A stretch of DNA of 64,000 nt from Anthoceros angustus (lineage: Eukaryota; Plantae; Anthocerotophyta): NCBI GenBank assembly GCA_010909165.1, contig MU008154.1, positions 434,001 to 498,000 on the forward strand, given 5' to 3'. The position numbers and the translations under genes were made by a program. Shown here in pieces: positions 24,743-36,470 of this stretch (its first letter is position 1; each line of letters begins with the position of its first letter). The notes under the pieces are model-generated. The model made no database searches. It worked only from the letters and a program-made list of their open reading frames with translations, and was not told the origin of the DNA.

Positions 24743-27700
24743 TGGAGGGCCACTCCGGGGACGCGCTGCTTCTGCACTGGGGCGCCACGGGAGGGGGGTT
24801 CCCGGGATGGCTGCTCCCGGACGCCCGCCCCCCCGGGACCTCGGACTACAAGGGCAAGGCCCTCCAGACCCGCTTCGGCAAGGACGACGCCGGGCTGTCC
24901 CTTAAAATCGAGCTCCCGGACCCCGCGCTCGACGCCCTCGAGTTCCTCATCAAGGACGAGGCCAAGAACGCCTGGTTCAAGCTCGACGGCGGCAACTTCC
25001 GGTGGAAATCCCCGCCCGCAGCAGGACGTGAGCCAGATCCAGCTCCCGGAGGAGCTGCGGCCCACGTTGCAGATGCTCATGACAGGCTGCAGGATATTAT
25101 TTTTCTGGACCTGGCGTTAGATTCCACTGTGCGAACTGCGGTGGAGCGCGGGTTGGAGTCGTTCAGGAAGGCGTCGCCTGCTGATTTGACACTGGTGATC
25201 AGTTGGTGGTGGAGAACTTGGCCCTGTCGGTGTCTGATAATGAGGAGCTGGTGTATTGTTTGAAGACTGGTATCACATTCTGGAGCTATGCAAAGCTGGG
25301 GCAGACCAGTGGGCGTTGAGGGCCAAGGCTGTGCTTGACAGGACGAGACTCGTATTAGCCGACAAAGCTGAGCACTATCAGACGATTCTGCAGCCGTCTG
25401 CGGAGTATGAGGAGGCCAGGAGAGAGCTCCAGGAGGAGGTCGCGCGGGGCCTCCGTCGACGCGCTCAGGAGGAAGCTACTGGAAACGATGCCGGCGGCGG
25501 GAGCAACGGAACGGGGCGGCAGCCGCGGCGGAGAATGGAGCCGCGCCCGACAAGGAAGCGAGAACGGGAGGAACGGAGCTCCACGAAGCCGAAGGCGGGG
25601 CCCGTGGCGCATGTGAAGCGGAAGAGCCGGGATCCGGTGGAGCTGATCCAGAAGTTGGGAAAGGCGGCGGAAAGGCGGCGGCGGCGGCGCCGCCTCCCAG
25701 GCAGCCCACGCCGCTGGAGCTCGGGGCGGAGGTGATGGAGGGGCGGATCAGGAAGGTGGTGCTGAAGAAGGTGTTCAGGTTCGGGGACGGGCAGGAGCTG
25801 CTGGTGTTGGTGACCAATCCTGAAGGGCTTCTGAAGGTGAGGCTGGCCACCAACATCAAGGAGCCTGTGGCTTTGCATTGGGCGTTGTCCAAGGAGCATG
25901 CTCGGGAATGGCTGGCTCCGCCCAAGAAGATTGTTCCTGCAGACTCAATTTAGGGCCGAGCGCGTGCGAGACGCCCTTCAAATTAGGGTTTGCGGGAGAT
26001 GGTGGGCTGCAGTCGTTGGAGATTCCTGTGGGCGATTGAGATCTTTACGGAGGAGATGATCCGAGCTGGGTCTGCTGCGTCTCTGTCGCAGTTGGTGAAC
26101 CAGCTTGATCCTATTCTGCGGAATATTGCACATCTTGGGAGTTGGCAGGTTATCAGTCCGGTGGAAGTGCGGGGCTTTATTGAGGTTGTGGGCGAACTTG
26201 GTGATGTGGAGGATAAGAGGTACAGTAAGCCCACCATCCTGGTTTCAGGAAGGTGAAGGGAGAAGAGGAGATTCCCGATGGTGCTGTTGCAGTTCTCACC
26301 CCTGACATGCCGGATGTGCTTTCGCATGTGTCTGTGCCCGCAATGGCAAGGTGTGCTTCGCCACATGCTTTGATCCAGATGTGCTAGCTGATTTGCGGAA
26401 GAAGAAGGGCAAGGCTATCAGCATTCAGTTGAAAGGTGGCAATCTTGTTTACAGTGAGATATCGGATGCAGACGTGTCCAAGCATGGTGGTGCAGCAGCA
26501 GCTAATGATGCCCCACCACCTCATATAGTTTTGAAGAAGAAGAAGTTTGCCGGGAAGTATGCCATTTCAGCAGATCAGTTCAACCCTGACCTGGTGGGCG
26601 CCAAGTCTCGGAATATCGCTAACTTGAGGGGCAAAGTGCCATCTTGGTAAAATTGCCGACATCTGTGGCTCTGCCGTTTGGGACTTTTGAGAAGGTGCTG
26701 TCTGAGTATCAACCGTGGAGTTGCGGATGAGCTTGCTGCTCTGAACAAGTTGCAGGCTGGCGACTTTCACCGATTGAAGGAGGCCCGAGAGATTTGCTTG
26801 AAGCTGCAACCCCGCCCCAGCTGATTGAGGAGAGCTTAAAGCCACGATGAAGGGCTCCAACATGCCGTGGCCTGGGGATGAGGGTGACAAGAGATGGCAG
26901 CAAGCATGGACGGCCATAAAAGGTGTGGGGATCCAAGTGGAATGAAAGGGCCTACTTCAGCACCAGGAAGGCAGGAATTGATCATTCTGATCTCTGCATG
27001 GCTGTCCTAGTTCAGGAAGTCATTCAAGCAGACTATGCCTTCGTCATCCACACCACCAACCCGGCAAATGGTGATGCATCGGTACAATATTGCTGCTGGT
27101 TGCTGAGAGGGCGAAGAGGGAGGGGAGTTGGCGTTGGCTGGGTTGTTGGAGGCGAGGAGGAGCTGCGGCCCACGTTGCAGAATGCTCATGACAGGCTGCG
27201 GGATATTATTTTTCTGGACCTGGCGTTAGATTCCACTGTGCGAACTGCGGTGGAGCGCGGGTTGGAGTCGTTCAGAAGGCGTCGCCTGCTGATTTGACAC
27301 TGGTGATCAGTTGGTGGTGGAGAACTTGGCCCTGTCGGTGTCTGATAATGAGGAGCTGGTGTATTGTTTGAAAGACTGGTATCACATTCTGGAGCTATGC
27401 AAAGCTGGGGCAGACCAGTGGGCGTTGAGGGCCAAGGCTGTGCTTGACAGGACGAGACTCGTATTAGCCGACAAAGCTGAGCACTATCAGACGATTCTGC
27501 AGCCGTCTGCGGAGTATCTGGGTGCCCTTCTGGGGGTGGAGAAGTGGGCGATTGAGATCTTTACGGAGGAGATGATCCGAGCTGGGTCTGCTGCGTCTCT
27601 GTCGCAGTTGGTGAACCAGCTTGATCCTATTCTGCGGAATATTGCACATCTTGGGAGTTGGCAGGTTATCAGTCCGGTGGAAGTGCGGGGCTTTATTGAG

Positions 27701-30700
27701 GTTGTGGGCGAACTTGGTGATGTGGAGGATAAGAGGTACAGTAAGCCCACCATCCTGGTTTCAGGAAGGTGAAGGGAGAAGAGGAGATTCCCGATGGTGC
27801 TGTTGCAGTTCTCACCCCTGACATGCCGGATGTGCTTTCGCATGTGTCTGTGCGTGCAATGGCAAGGTGTGCTTCGCCACATGCTTTGATCCAGATGTGC
27901 TAGCTGATTTGCGGAAGAAGAAGGGCAAGGCTATCAGCATTCAGTTGAAAGGTGGCAATCTTGTTTACAGTGAGATATCGGATGCAGACGTGTCCAAGCA
28001 TGGTGGTGCAGCAGCAGCTAATGATGCCCCACCACCTCATATAGTTTTGAAGAAGAAGTTTGCCGGGAAGTATGCCATTTCAGCAGATCAGTTCAACCCT
28101 GACCTGGTGGGCGCCAAGTCTCGGAATATCGCTAACTTGAGGGGCAAAGTGCCATCTTGGGTAAAATTGCCGACATCTGTGGCTCTGCCGTTTGGGACTT
28201 TTGAGAAGGTGCTGTCTGAGTATCAACCGTGGAGTTGCGGATGAGCTTGCTGCTCTGAACAAGAATTATAATGTGAAGCCCAGGGAGATCAGTGCTGCGC
28301 AGGATAGGCTGACGAATTTGTTGCAGGAGACTTACAGGGAGCAGCCGGAGAATCGGGAGATGGTGAGGTTGATTATGGCGACTGTGGGGAGGGGGGGGCA
28401 GGGGGATGTTGGGCAGCGGATTCGGGATGAGATTCTCGTTATTCAGAGGAATAATGACTGTGCGGGGGGAATGATGGAGGAGTGGCACCAGAAGTTGCAT
28501 AATAATACGAGTCCGGATGATGTGGTGATATGCCAGGCGTTGTTGGATCATATTCAGAGTGATTTCAGTGTGGATGTTTACTGGAAGACTCTGACAGATA
28601 ATGGGATCTCGAAGCAGAGGTTGGCGAGTTATGACAGGCCGATTGTGTCGGAGCCCAAGTTCAGGCATGATCAAAAGGATGGGCTGGTGCGGGATCTGAC
28701 TGCCTATATGAGGACGTTGAAGGCGGTGCATTCCGGGGCGGATTTGGAGTCAGCGATAGAGACTTGTATGGGGTATACTTCAGAGGGGAAGGGGTTCATG
28801 GGGGGAGTGAAGATTCATCCTATTAGTGGGTTGTCGTCGGATCTGCCTGGGTTGCTGCAGTTTGTGTTGGAGCACGTGGAGGATCAGCAGACTCTGCCGC
28901 TGATCGAGGGGTTGTTGGAGGCGAGGAGGGAGCTGCGGCCCACGTTGCAGAATGCTCATGACAGGCTGCGGGATATTATTTTTCTGGACCTGGCGTTAGA
29001 TTCCACTGTGCGAACTGCGGTGGAGCGCGGGTTGGAGTCGTTCAGGAAGGCGTCGCCTGCTGATTTGACACTGGTGATCAGTTTGGTGGTGGAGAACTTG
29101 GCCCTGTCGGTGTCTGATAATGAGGAGCTGGTGTATTGTTTGAAAGACTGGTATCACATTCTGGAGCTATGCAAAGCTGGGGCAGACCAGTGGGCGTTGA
29201 GGGCCAAGGCTGTGCTTGACAGGACGAGACTCGTATTAGCCGACAAAGCTGAGCACTATCAGACGATTCTGCAGCCGTCTGCGGAGTATCTGGGTGCCCT
29301 TCTGGGGTGGAGAAGTGGGCGATTGAGATCTTTACGGAGGAGATGATCCGAGCTGGGTCTGCTGCGTCTCTGTCGCAGTTGGTGAACCAGCTTGATCCTA
29401 TTCTGCGGAATATTGCACATCTTGGGAGTTGGCAGGTTATCAGTCCGGTGGAAGTGCGGGGCTTTATTGAGGTTGTGGGCGAACTTGGTGATGTGGAGGA
29501 TAAGAGGTACAGTAAGCCCACCATCCTGGTTTCGGGAAGGGTGAAGGGAGAAGAGGAGATTCCCGATGGTGCTGTTGCAGTTCTCACCCCTGACATGCCG
29601 GATGTGCTTTCGCATGTGTCTGTGCGTGCCCGCAATGGCAAGGTGTGCTTCGCCACATGCTTTGATCCAGATGTGCTAGCTGATTTGCGGAAGAAGAAGG
29701 GCAAGGCTATCAGCATTCAGTTGAAAGGTGGCAATCTTGTTTACAGTGAGATATCGGATGCAGACGTGTCCAAGCATGGTGGTGCAGCAGCAGCTAATGA
29801 TGCCCCACCACCTCATATAGTTTTGAAGAAGAAGAAGTTTGCCGGGAAGTATGCCATTTCAGCAGATCAGTTCAACCCTGACCTGGTGGGCGCCAAGTCT
29901 CGGAATATCGCTAACTTGAGGGGCAAAGTGCCATCTTGGGTAAAATTGCCGACATCTGTGGCTCTGCCGTTTGGGACTTTTGAGAAGGTGCTGTCTGAGA
30001 GTATCAACCGTGGAGTTGCGGATGAGCTTGCTGCTCTGAACAAGAAGTTGCAGGCTGGCGACTTTCACCGATTGAAGGAGGCCCGAGAGATTTGCTTGAA
30101 GCTGCAACCCCCGCCCCAGCTGATTGAGGAGCTTAAAGCCACGATGAAGGGCTCCAACATGCCGTGGCCTGGGGATGAGGGTGACAAGAGATGGCAGCAA
30201 GCATGGACGGCCATAAAAAAGGTGTGGGGATCCAAGTGGAATGAAAGGGCCTACTTCAGCACCAGGAAGGCAGGAATTGATCATTCTGATCTCTGCATGG
30301 CTGTCCTAGTTCAGGAAGTCATTCAAGCAGACTATGCCTTCGTCATCCACACCACCAACCCGGCAAATGGTGATGCATCCGAGATCTACGCTGAGGTGGT
30401 GAAGGGTCTCGGGGAGACTCTTGTGGGTGCCTACTCTGGGCGTGCTCTAAGCTTCGTGACGAAGAAGACAGACTTGAAGGCTCCTAAGGTTCTTGGCTAC
30501 CCCAGCAAACGAATAGGCTTGTTCATCAAGCAGTCTGTCATCTTCAGGTCTGATTCAAACGGAGAAGATCTTGAAGGATATGCTGGAGCTGGTTTGTATG
30601 ATAGCGTGCCCATGGATCACGAGGAGGAACGGGTTGTGGATTATTCCACTGACAAGTTGCTGTTGGATGTTGAGTTCCAAAAGCAGATTCTCATGAAGAT

Positions 30701-30809
30701 AGCTGAAGCTGGATCAGCTGTTGAGAAGCTGTTGGGAACTGCTCAAGACATTGAGGGTGTCATCAAGAACGGAGAGTTGTACATTGTCCAAACGAGACCT
30801 CAAATGTAG
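21785..30809 (+). CDS. GWD1: Alpha-glucan water dikinase 1 (GWD/SEX1/R1), intronless; full ORF reconstructable only as a composite of partial copies
   Basis: Transit-peptide-like start MMQALRAGS (21785), two CBM45 modules (LLLHWGA..KALQTRF; VALHWALS..ACETPF), WHQKLHNNTSPDDVVICQA, phospho-His motif PDVLSHVSVRARN, nucleotide-binding C-terminus KVWGSKWNERA..GAGLYDSV..LYIVQTRPQM*. Confidence 0.9.
24730..28265 (+). pseudogene. Scrambled mosaic of internal GWD fragments
   Basis: Seven same-strand jumps between GWD segments at short shared words (see findings), with numerous small deletions. Confidence 0.85.
28257..30809 (+). CDS. GWD1: GWD copy with intact C-terminus (one frameshift near 29305)
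   Basis: ORFs 28192-29346 and 29307-30809. The G-run in cttctggggtgg is one G shorter than at 24582 and 27529. Confidence 0.85.
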
Positions 30810-31021
30810 ATATATTTAATTTATGTAACAGTGTCGTGTGTACTGTATCTTCTCAGACTTCAAAGTTTGTCTGCCGAAGCTGTCACTACATAAATAGTAG
30901 ATATGCGGCCCGAGAGGGCAAGCTTCTCTCAAATCACAGTTCTCTGTTCAAATCGCGCTCTGTCAAATCGCGTTTGTCCGTGTGACCAACAAAGGAGTCA
31001 GCAAGGGTCAAAACGTACGAT

Positions 31022-31102
31022 TGTTGACAATGGGATTCGAACCCATGCCCTTTCGGACCAGAACCTTAATCTGGCGCCTTAGACCAACTCGGCCATGTCA
31101 AC
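31022..31102 (-). tRNA. tRNA-Leu(AAG)
   Basis: Reverse complement GTTGACATGGCCGAGTTGGTCTAAGGCGCCAGATTAAGGTTCTGGTCCGAAAGGGCATGGGTTCGAATCCCATTGTCAACA: 81 nt, AAG anticodon, long variable arm, A and B boxes, followed by a TTTT run. Confidence 0.96.
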
Positions 31103-31912
31103 TGGATACCAACAGGCGGATCTGTAGGAATCTAAAGCAATTCCTCTCTTTGCTACAGCTTATATTCCAGATTCACTTCACGAGCATCGAAAGCCGCAAA
31201 TGCTTGAATCAAGCTGCGTACTGAGAATCAAGGACGTCGGAAAAATTCCCGAAGACGGGAAGAGAAGTGTTAGAAGTGAGCAAGTGAGCTTAACGCTCAG
31301 GACTTGAAAGGTTTGAGGGCTCACCATTTTCATGGAGAAGTCTCAAGACTTTGGCCATAATTCCGAATAAAAGTATACACTCAACGAAAGCAAATCTAAC
31401 AGCCAAACCGAGAAGAAGAATTTTATTTAAGTCCACTAAGGACGGATTTCCGTCATGGGACTTGGTACTTAACTCCCTTTACGCACCTCATCTAAGTACC
31501 GATCTAAGCTCAGGATGCTTAATCGCGAGGTTCTTATAAATGTGTGTCCATTTGGCCTAAGCCATTTGGACCACATTACCACGAGGCAGCATTGGTTGCC
31601 AAAGAAAGGAATTGGTTCTACTGAATTTTGGTTAACTTGTACTGCCTGCCTCCCACTGAAGTCCTGAATTGGTTCAGGAGCTCGGACTGAACCACATTTA
31701 GGTACTCTCAGCCTACTGTAGACCCCTTGCTGTGAAACTCGGAGACACAGCCAATCTTGGAGCAGCTGGTAATCTACACGGCAAAGTTCCCAAGACACTT
31801 TTTTGTTTGGCTCTCCAACTGGCCCATGTGGGATTCTTTGCTGATGTTAGTTGTCCTATTGGCTCTCCTGTGTGCAAATGTGTGCTCATACCCACAAGAT
31901 GCTGCAGCCGAG

Positions 31913-32325
31913 ACGCTGAGGTGGTGAAGGGTCTCAGGAGACTCTTGTGGGTGCCTACTCTGGGCGTGCTCTAAGCGAAGAAGACAGACTTGAAGGCTCC
32001 TAAGGTTCTTGGCTACCCCAGCAAACGAATAGGCTTGTTCATCAAGCAGTCTGTCATCTTCAGGTCTGATTCAAACGGAGAAGATCTTGAAGGATATGCT
32101 GGAGCTGGTTTGTATGATAGCGTGCCCATGGATCACGAGGAGGAACGGGTTGTGGATTATTCCACTGACAAGTTGCTGTTGGATGTTGAGTTCCAAAAGC
32201 AGATTCTCATGAAGATAGCTGAAGCTGGATCAGCTGTTGAGAAGCTGTTGGGAACTGCTCAAGACATTGAGGGTGTCATCAAGAACGGAGAGTTGTACAT
32301 TGTCCAAACGAGACCTCAAATGTAG
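31913..32325 (+). pseudogene. Duplicated GWD 3'-terminal fragment
   Basis: ORF 31990-32325 is identical to the last ~110 aa of 29307-30809. Confidence 0.85.
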
Positions 32326-32537
32326 ATATATTTAATTTATGTAACAGTGTCGTGTGTACTGTATCTTCTCAGACTTCAAAGTTTGTCTGCCGAAGCTGTC
32401 ACTACATAAATAGTAGATATGCGGCCCGAGAGGGCAAGCTTCTCTCAAATCACAGTTCTCTGTTCAAATCGCGCTCTGTCAAATCGCGTTTGTCCGTGTG
32501 ACCAACAAAGGAGTCAGCAAGGGTCAAAACGTACGAT

Positions 32538-32618
32538 TGTTGACAATGGGATTCGAACCCATGCCCTTTCGGACCAGAACCTTAATCTGGCGCCTTAGAC
32601 CAACTCGGCCATGTCAAC
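32538..32618 (-). tRNA. tRNA-Leu(AAG), duplicate copy
   Basis: Identical to 31022-31102. Confidence 0.95.
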
Positions 32619-32924
32619 TGGATACCAACAGGCGGATCTGTAGGAATCTAAAGCAATTCCTCTTTGCTACAGCTTATATTCCAGATTCACTTCACGAGCA
32701 TCGAAAGCCGCAAATGCTTGAATCAAGCTGCGTACTGAGAATCAAGGACGTCGGAAAAATTCCCGAAGACGGGAAGAGAAGTGTTAGAAGTGAGCAAGTG
32801 AGCTTAACGCTCAGGACTTGAAAGGTTTGAGGGCTCACCATTTTCATGGAGAAGTCTCAAGACTTTGGCCATAATTCCGAATAAAGTATACACTCAACGA
32901 AAGCAAATCTAACAGCCAAACCGA

Positions 32925-35110
32925 GAAGAAGAATTTTATTTAAGTCCACTAAGGACGGATTTCCGTCATGGGACTTGGTACTTAACTCCCTTTACGCACC
33001 TCATCTAAGTACCGATCTAAGCTCAGGATGCTTAATCGCGAGGTTCTTATAAATGTGTGTCCATTTGGCCTAAGCCATTTGGACCACATTACCACGAGGC
33101 GTAGCATTGGTTGCCAAAGAAAGGAATTGGTTCTACTGAATTTTGGTTAACTTGTACTGCCTGCCTCCCACTGAAGTCCTGAATTGGTTCAGGAGCTCGG
33201 ACTGAACCACATTTAGGTACTCTCAGCCTACTGTAGACCCCCTTGCTGTGAAACTCGGAGACACAGCCAATCTTGGAGCAGCTGGTAATCTACACGGCAA
33301 AGTTCCCAAGACACTTTTTTGTTTGGCTCTCCAACTGGCCCATGTGGGATTCTTTGCTGATGTTAGTTGTCCTATTGGCTCTCCTGTGTGCAAATGTGTG
33401 CTCATACCCACAAGATGCTGCAGCCGAGGACCCTCTGTTGGCTCAACATCCATCTCATTTTGGAATTTATTTTCCCTCTCTGACTAAGGCAAGCTTATCT
33501 TACAAGCCTCCAGCACCTGCCTTAGACATACATATGCCTGGTTCACCGCGCTCTGCTGCTGATAAACACCGGTACAAGTTGTAGAAGACATGACTCCTGA
33601 TGGGATAGAACTTGAGCAGAATGTCAACATCCAAGAGAAAGGAAAGGAGCTTGAGCCTCTGCCTGGTCCTGTGTCCCTGGAAACAGCTGGCTTGTTTGTC
33701 CATTTCCTCTTGTTGCTCACCATTGTCTGGTGGATCACATAAATGCACTCTTCGTGGAAGCAGTCATGTTTTAGTCACGTGACGTGACCATAGACGTGAC
33801 CAACAGCACGCCCTACACAATTTGAAGCCGGCGCGGAGCTTCTCGAGTTGTCTTAGCGGCAATGCCACCCTGTGGACCAAAGATATCTCGAAACCAAAGA
33901 TGCAGCTCCTGAACACTCTTGCACTCCTGACGGATCGTGATCAGCATAGGATCCATGTCACTCCCTCATCATGCTCTATCCATCTCCGGCCAGGCTCTTG
34001 AGAGACATGCGAATTCCTGTGCAGCTATCAACTTTAAAGAGTGGAGCTCGGGTACCATACAAGTTCCTAGGATAGAAGGATAGATCAGGAAAGTCCTGGT
34101 GGTTCTCCAACTCGCACTCGAGGAAGGCAAAAAGGCATGTCAATGGGGTGAGGAAGTTAGAACCTCCCCGAGATCACAAGATCACGGGCAGGCTCCGACT
34201 CCTTCACCCCATGGACATTGACATGGGGTGATTCAGCCCCTCGTCACCTCGAGGAACCCCAATACTTGCTCCACTCTTGCCAAACACGTAATTCAACACC
34301 GCATGTGTGTAATCCAAAGACAGCATACACCCCAGTAGATTACTGGGGTGGAGCAGACTTGCACGCACAGACTCTGTGCGTGCAAGTCTGCCTGATCAGC
34401 AATCTTGGTAGATGCTTGACACGTTTCAACGACCTCAATCACTACCAAACATGGGTCAAAAAAAAAAGACTTCGCGTTGCATTCACCTTTTTGTTACGAG
34501 GAACGTGCCACCCAGCTTTGCCAAATAGGGTGCAAGGTGATCCACTTTCTTACCCGCCAGGATTAGACGCAACAGCCAGCTTCAAAGTCCCATCACGATG
34601 ACATGGATCAACTGCTGCCCTGACATCCTTGTACATCTGAGGGTAGCTACACAATTCACAACGAACAGGCAAAAGACAATTGAACACATAAATCTGAAGT
34701 CCATACATATTCTTGATCACGTGAACAAGAAGATGACGAGCAACTAAAAACATTTCAAGTACGCTGTCCATATCTCTGTGGTAAATGCAATGGTCCATGC
34801 TTGGCTGGAAGGAAAGCTAGCAACCAGATTTACAATCAGAATTGGAAAGCTTACTTGGAACCCCCACTACACCATCAATGCACAGGACTCTGTGAGCAAA
34901 ACGACAGCACCAGGGGATCGAGGGGTGGCAGTGATGATAGCAGCACAAACAAATGAAAGAATGAGATCCATAATCCGAGGTAGATACATGGCATCTTGTC
35001 TGCGAAGGCATCTTTGAGCTCTACAAGCTGTGCAAAGAGGAATTCTTCTGCTAGAGAAAACAAGCTATCAACAGTTATCGCTCTTCCCTGGAAGCTCTCG
35101 GAAGCCATGT
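32925..35110 (-). mobile_element. Degenerate 5'-truncated L1-like LINE
   Basis: Minus-strand fragments KMPCIYLGL (RT-end P..YLG motif) and ARHLLVHVIKNMYGLQIYVFNCLLP (resembles GR..LIKSVL..LPIY.MS.F.LP) lie in the expected order about 2 kb upstream of the AATAAAA-(TTC)n tail at ~32925. Confidence 0.45.
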
Positions 35111-35309
35111 CAAAGTGGCTTATCCGTTGGGAAAGACCACTTATGGTCAGTGAGCTTCCAGGAATCTAGGACTCAGAACAATTCTTAGCCCGTGGACAAA
35201 AGAGCTATTGGACAATCAGCTCTATGGTAGTTTTAGTAAATTCCAAGATTTTATAAATACCTATTCAAAATATACATCGAAGTTCCCGCACCCCGCACTG
35301 GGATTTGTC

Positions 35310-35410
35310 TATCTGGAGTAACACGCACAGCACAGTCTCGAGTAACCCCGAAGGGCACTATCTGGAGTGACCCGCAGGGCACTATCTGGAGTAACCCGCA
35401 GAGCACTAAC
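35310..35410. repeat. Short ~22-bp tandem repeat (gggcactatctggagtaacccgca-like)
   Basis: atctggagtaac / ctcgagtaaccc / atctggagtgaccc / atctggagtaaccc. Confidence 0.7.
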
Positions 35411-35466
35411 AACAGGTGTTCATAACAGGTAGCCCGTAGGGCCATGAAGCTGGGGGATGCTTACGT

Positions 35467-35926
35467 GGGGAGTTCCAATATGAACTCATGGGGAGTTCCG
35501 ATATGAACTCATGGGGAGTTCCGATATGAACTCATGGGGAGTTCCGATATGAACTCATGGGGAGTTCCGATATGAACTCATGGGGAGTTCCGATATGAAC
35601 TCATGGGGAGTTCCGATATGAACTCATGGGGAGTTCCGATATGAACTCATGGGGAGTTCCGATATGAACTCATGGGGAGTTCCGATATGAACTCATGGGG
35701 AGTTCCGATATGAACTCATGGGGAGTTCCGATATGAACTCATGGGGAGTTCCGATATGAACTCATGGGGAGTTCCGATATGAACTCATGGGGAGTTCCAA
35801 TATGAACTCATGGGGAGTTCCAATATGAACTCATGGGGAGTTCCAATATGAACTCATGGGGAGTTCCAATATGAACTCATGGGGAGTTCCAATATGAACT
35901 CAAGGGGAGTTCCAATACGAACTCAT
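35467..35926. repeat. Minisatellite, 20 x 23 bp (GGGGAGTTCCRATATGAACTCAT)
   Basis: Exact 23-bp period with no spacers; each unit contains the inverted pair GAGTTC/GAACTC. Confidence 0.97.
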
Positions 35927-36470
35927 GTATGGATGTCACTCCTTGAGGGGAGGACACCTCTATGATATTGTCCCGCCTCTTCTCAAGAAAAGACCTGGCA
36001 CCATGTAGCTCCAATCAAGCTTCCATTGCAACAGCTACATACAATGCGCCCCTCGGAATTTCAGGTGTGAATTTCCTCACGCTATTGATTTGTGAGGAAA
36101 ACACCCAAGAAAGGAACATTTGGACGCTGGTCGACTGATCTCCTCAGGATATCCAGGATCTATCAACAAACTTTTTTACTGTGCCATTCATCGTAGGCTA
36201 ATGTTTCAATCATGTCAGGTTTACATAGAGCAAAAAATGTAATCAGTATCAAATCCTTCAGCAACAATGCTCTTCATGACGAGGGACCTGTTACAAAACA
36301 TCTTGTTCCTCGTGTTCACTGGCTCAAGGGACTGTCAGGACAGCTTATGCGGACAGAGATGGAGGGGTGGTTAAGAGTTGCTGAACCAAGAAGTCTCAAG
36401 ACTTTGGCCAAAATTCCGAAGAAAGTGTACACTCTAGGAAAGCAAGCATAGCATCTGATTGCCATAATTC

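Larger units (their letters stand above)
30379..33428. repeat. Tandem duplication ~1.5 kb (GWD 3' end, tRNA-Leu, retroelement tail)
   Basis: 30379-31907 repeats at 31908-33428; junction on ccgag. Confidence 0.9.

Noticed and set aside
30982-31224. 80-aa and 107-aa ORFs at 30982 and 32498
   Set aside because: They are antisense translations of the tRNA-Leu genes.
35467-35926. CRISPR-like array of palindromic repeats
   Set aside because: Units are directly adjacent with no unique spacers, there are no cas genes, and the context is eukaryotic. It is a minisatellite.
36391-36440. Short hairpin motif aagtctcaagactt..ctag (related copies at ~31338 and ~32853) as a Helitron 3' end
   Set aside because: The CTAG is not followed by T, only one copy has it, and the hairpin spacing does not fit.
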